A stretch of DNA of 64,000 nucleotides from Spirochaetia bacterium (GTDB taxonomy: Bacteria; Spirochaetota; Spirochaetia; SZUA-6; Bin103): assembly GCA_965199955.1 (NCBI GenBank), contig CBDATQ010000001.1, forward strand, positions 1,088,001-1,152,000. The letters are read 5' to 3'. The notes beneath the pieces are model-generated. The model was not told where the DNA came from. It worked only from the letters and a program-made list of their open reading frames with translations, and ran no database searches. The position numbers were made by a program, and so were the translations under genes. This document shows, in pieces, positions 63,131 through 64,000 of the stretch (its first letter is position 1; each line of letters starts with the position of its first letter).

Positions 63131-64000
63131 GCCGGGCGGCAGCGAAGCTGGGGGACAGGGCCAAACTCTGGGACAAGGGCGGTCATCTTGATCCGGCCGT
63201 CGAGCGCTTCACGGTCGGCGACGACCGCATCCATGACCGGAAGCTGCTGAAGGCCGACGCGGTCGCCAGCCTCGCGCACGCCGACATGCTCGGGGCGATC
63301 GGCATCCTTCAGGCGGCCGAGCTCGCCGCGCTGCGGGAGGCGCTTCGGGAGGCGCTTGCCGAAATCGACGCCGGCCGGTTCCGAATTCGGGATGACGAGG
63401 AGGACGGCCACTCCGCCCTGGAGCGGTTCCTGACCGGGAGGGTAGGGGAGCCCGGCAAGAAGATACACACGGGACGTTCGCGCAACGACCAGGTGATCGG
63501 TGCCTTGCGCCTGTACACGCGCGAGTGGCTGCTCGACTTCCGCGCGGAAATCGCCGGGCTGACAGGTACGCTGCTTGACTTCGCGGGCGCTCACGCGCGG
63601 ACGCCGATGGCCGGCCGTACCCACATGCAGCCGGCGATGCCGTCAACCGTCGGGCTGTGGGCGGCCGCGGTCGCCGAGGCCCTGATCGACGACGCGGACC
63701 TGGTCGCCTGCGCGTATCGCCGCAACGACCGCAACCCGCTCGGTGCGGCCGCCGGGTACGGTGTCCCGTTGCCGCTGGACCGCCGGAAGGTGGCCGCGTC
63801 GCTGGGCTTTCCGGGTGTTCAGAACAACGTGCTGTACGTGAACACCAGCCGCGGCGCGGTGGAGGCGCAGGTTGCGGAGGCGGCCGGCCGCGTCTGCGCC
63901 ACGCTCGCGCGGCTCGCCTGGGACCTGCTTCTGTTCACGCTGCCGGAGTTCGGCTACTTCCGCCTTCCGGAGGAGCTGACCACTGGCAGCAGCATCATGC
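63127..64000 (+). CDS. argH: Argininosuccinate lyase (3'-truncated by window edge)
   Basis: GTG 63127 frame reads KLWDKG...FTVGDD, IHTGRSRNDQV, GRTHMQPAMP, TGSSIM. Confidence 0.93.
   Translation, partial: MSRAAAKLGDRAKLWDKGGHLDPAVERFTVGDDRIHDRKLLKADAVASLAHADMLGAIGILQAAELAALREALREALAEIDAGRFRIRDDEEDGHSALERFLTGRVGEPGKKIHTGRSRNDQVIGALRLYTREWLLDFRAEIAGLTGTLLDFAGAHARTPMAGRTHMQPAMPSTVGLWAAAVAEALIDDADLVACAYRRNDRNPLGAAAGYGVPLPLDRRKVAASLGFPGVQNNVLYVNTSRGAVEAQVAEAAGRVCATLARLAWDLLLFTLPEFGYFRLPEELTTGSSIM

Noticed and set aside
63142..63177. Near-duplicate AKLGDR/AKLWDK at the ArgH N-terminus
   Set aside because: Short, imperfect and in a variable terminus; no functional inference is possible.

Overview
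A high-GC chromosomal core region, most likely from an uncultured member of the Spirochaetota. Support: 16S context GCAGCAGCTAAGAAT, secY-rpmJ with no adk/map/infA between them, and rplQ...rny-ymdB...der...coiled-coil-grpE-dnaK-dnaJ order. In order, the window holds the end of the spc and alpha ribosomal operons, rny/ymdB, der, a MerR-type regulator, a TPR/beta-barrel/ExbB/ExbD/TonB operon, grpE-dnaK-dnaJ, an orphan histidine kinase, two orphan DNA methyltransferases, rlmB, an internally deleted purD, tatD, an M23-bactofilin-RicT cluster, an ahcY-adk-gnd-SDR-LarA-HAD-acyltransferase run, a complete rRNA operon (16S-tRNA-Ala-23S-5S), uppS, a bacilliredoxin, System II cytochrome c maturation plus Tat genes, panB-panC-coaX-coaBC, cimA and a partial argH. 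I found no CRISPR array, transposase, integrase or phage genes. Most notable: (i) a probable mannonate-to-gluconate route (PRK08277-like SDR + LarA-family epimerase + Gnd); (ii) a leaderless Ile-codon leader peptide and attenuator before cimA; (iii) rRNA variants at three antibiotic-binding sites (23S A2058U, 16S C1192G, 16S U1409-A1491); (iv) two genes that appear to start at ACG; (v) two genes broken by internal deletions; (vi) a recurrent TTGAC(A/T)-N17/18-TACCGT promoter type. All family calls come from motif recognition by eye; no database searches were run.
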